Source of the DNA: a bacterium
GTDB lineage: Bacteria > Patescibacteriota > Patescibacteriia > Patescibacteriales > UBA12465
Length of the DNA: 64,000 nucleotides
Reading direction: 5' to 3'
Assembly (NCBI GenBank): GCA_035400585.1
Contig: DAOMZR010000001.1
Coordinates: 191,347-255,346, forward strand
Below are positions 62,268 through 64,000 of the stretch, in pieces. A program made the position numbers and the translations under genes. Each line of letters begins with the position of its first letter. The stretch's first letter is position 1. The notes below the pieces were generated by a model that saw only the letters and a program-made list of their open reading frames with translations, was not told the origin of the DNA and made no database searches.

Positions 62268-63074
62268 CTATTCTTTTTTTAATTCTTCATCTTCATCTTC
62301 GCTGTCACCCTCATCATCTTCATCATCTTCGTCATTTTCGTCATCTTCATATTCATCTTCTTCATCTTCTTCGTTATCACCCTCTAAATCTTCATTCTCT
62401 TCATTATCAGTTTCATTATTATTTTCTTCTTCATTTTCTGTATCACCATCAATATTCTCATTTTTTTCTTCCTTACCTTCAAAGCCATTTTCAACATTCT
62501 CACTGATTAAATCATTAAGATTTTTATCTTCGGATTTGTTAATGTCACCCAACAACTTATCTATCTCTTCGTTTTTATTAAATTTCTCATAATCAGGCAA
62601 CTCATTTAAACTTGAAATTCCAAGGAATTTAACAAAATCAAGACTAACAGTATAAATATTGTCCTCTATTTCATTTCCCTGTTTTTCCTCAATTAAACCC
62701 CTAATTAATAGGTTTTTTAAGATCAAGCTACAATTTATTCCTCTAATTTTTTCAATGTCTTTTTTCTTTATTGGGCCTCGATAGGCTATTATAGTAAGTG
62801 TTTCTAGGCTGGCCGGGGTTAATTCACCACTAACTTCACTTTGCATAAATTTTTGAACAACTTCAGCGCTTTCTGGAGAGCTAGACATTTGATATTTTTT
62901 AGAATTTTCGATTATCAATATACCACGGTTGCCATTTTTATAATCATTTATTAATTCCCCGATTTCCCTTTCAACATCTTCTGTTTTTATCTCCAAAACA
63001 TCGGCCAATTCTTTTAAAGACAATGGCTTAGGAGAGACAAAAAGTAATGATTCAATAGAGCGCTTAATATTCAT
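62268..63074 (-). CDS. scpB: Segregation and condensation protein B with a ~70-aa poly-acidic C-terminal tail
   Basis: IESLLFVSPKPLSLKELA and two winged-helix units. The tail is ...ENEEENNNETDNEENEDLEGDNEEDEEDEYEDDENDEDDEDDEGDSEDEDEE. Confidence 0.85.
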   Translation of the reverse strand: MNIKRSIESLLFVSPKPLSLKELADVLEIKTEDVEREIGELINDYKNGNRGILIIENSKKYQMSSSPESAEVVQKFMQSEVSGELTPASLETLTIIAYRGPIKKKDIEKIRGINCSLILKNLLIRGLIEEKQGNEIEDNIYTVSLDFVKFLGISSLNELPDYEKFNKNEEIDKLLGDINKSEDKNLNDLISENVENGFEGKEEKNENIDGDTENEEENNNETDNEENEDLEGDNEEDEEDEYEDDENDEDDEDDEGDSEDEDEELKKE

Positions 63075-63097
63075 AAATTTATTTAAATTAATTAAAA

Positions 63098-63847
63098 TTA
63101 CAAAAGATCTTCGTTATTTTCTTCCAAATAAATTTCACTAAACAATTCTACTTGATTAAAAACCAATTCTCTTTGTTTTGATAATTCCAAGACAGCTAAA
63201 AAGTTAACTATTATTTCGGTCTTAGATCTAGCTTCTTGTAAAATTTTAGTAAAATTTATTTTAATTTTCTTATTTATTAAATTTTTAATAAAAGAAATTC
63301 TTTCGTCTATGCTTATTTCTGATTTGATTGTTTCTTCTTCTAACTTTTCTTCTTCGTTTTTATTTCTTTCTAAAACTTTTAAGAAAGAATTATATAAATC
63401 GTCTTTTTTAACATTCTTTGGTGGGAAGAAATAATCGCCCAAGAAAGAAAAACGACGATTGTTCTTATTTATAATTCTAGAAAAAGAAAATTTCTTTTTT
63501 CCAATTATTTTCTGTATCTTGTTGCTTAAATCAACAAAGTCCTTATACATCTTTAATTGCTTTTCCAAGTCTTCAACCTCTTCTTCGTCTTCTGGGCTAA
63601 ACAAATATGGCAATAGAGCTTTTGATTTTAAGTAAATCAATTTGCTGGCCATTAACAAAAAATCAGCCATTCTTTCCGGTAAAATTTCCTGTGAATTTTG
63701 AATATATTCCAAATATTCATCGGCTATTTTAGCCAAGCTGACTGACGTAATATCCAACTCCTCCTTTTCTATAATTCTCAAAAGCAAAGATAATGGTCCC
63801 TGAAATTGATCTATTTTGATATCTATCATAATATTTTCACAAAACAA
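63098..63847 (-). CDS. scpA: Segregation and condensation protein A (kleisin)
   Basis: FQGPLSLLLRIIEKEELDITSVSLAKIADEYLEYI. C-terminal VNFLAVLELSKQRELVFNQ. Confidence 0.85.
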   Translation of the reverse strand: MFCENIMIDIKIDQFQGPLSLLLRIIEKEELDITSVSLAKIADEYLEYIQNSQEILPERMADFLLMASKLIYLKSKALLPYLFSPEDEEEVEDLEKQLKMYKDFVDLSNKIQKIIGKKKFSFSRIINKNNRRFSFLGDYFFPPKNVKKDDLYNSFLKVLERNKNEEEKLEEETIKSEISIDERISFIKNLINKKIKINFTKILQEARSKTEIIVNFLAVLELSKQRELVFNQVELFSEIYLEENNEDLL

Positions 63848-63850
63848 GCC

Positions 63851-63881
63851 AAAAATTGGGTATTTTATATTAAAATACCCC
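63851..63881 (-). terminator. Rho-independent terminator of a gene lying beyond the right edge
   Basis: Minus strand: gggtatttta-ata-taaaataccc followed by aattttt. Confidence 0.5.
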
Positions 63882-64000
63882 TTACTCTATCTATTTTAAC
63901 TGATTTTGAACCTTTTATCAATAGTAAATTAATACATTGAAATACTGAATTTATAGCTAAAAACTTAAATATTTTATCTTTCTTCTAATTAAATTATGGA

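Noticed and set aside
62240-62506. 88-aa plus-strand ORF rich in His and Leu (HLHLRCHPHHLHHLRH...)
   Set aside because: It is the antisense reading of the GAA/GAT-rich acidic tail of scpB. This is a low-complexity mirror artefact with no independent start or termination signals.

Overview
AT-rich (roughly 30% GC by eye), very gene-dense 64-kb chromosomal window. It holds about 62 protein genes, mostly on the minus strand, and 2 tRNAs (Gln-CUG, Asn-GUU). I saw no rRNA, CRISPR array, transposase or prophage. By inference the organism is a small-genome Patescibacteria/CPR-type bacterium: prepilin-type N-termini on surface proteins, a DUF5671-like membrane protein, compact UvrABC, a CBS-less IMPDH-family enzyme, a canonical sigma-70 and many small secreted or membrane hypotheticals. 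Housekeeping genes recognised: serS, dnaX, lysS, greA plus a second GreA-like paralog, aspS, rpoD, dnaG, scpA/scpB, uvrB-uvrA-uvrC, murI, alr, ftsQ, rlmH, a Xer-type recombinase and a PBP5-type carboxypeptidase. There is also a surface-glycan cluster (Wzx, GT4, GT2, O-antigen-ligase-like, TraX) and a phosphorylase/isomerase/class II aldolase trio. Most unusual observations: (1) At 40.9-44.8 kb, a compact three-gene operon of Bacteroidota type: a SprB-repeat adhesin with a T9SS type-B C-terminal domain, a PorP/SprF-like protein and a PD40-repeat protein. It sits in an otherwise CPR-like context with no other T9SS parts in view. (2) At 19.05-19.33 kb, a ~58% GC structured island next to tRNA-Gln. 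It is bounded by an exact 21-nt duplication of the tRNA 3' end, holds a split 12-nt inverted copy of that sequence, and each repeat copy has its own terminator. (3) A pilin N-terminus fused to a FISUMP domain. (4) Consensus sigma-70 promoters placed 6 nt from ATG codons, with Shine-Dalgarno motifs generally absent, which suggests leaderless or near-leaderless mRNAs. (5) Matched loss of the UVR interaction domains in both UvrB and UvrC. All functional calls come from motif recognition by eye; no database search was run.
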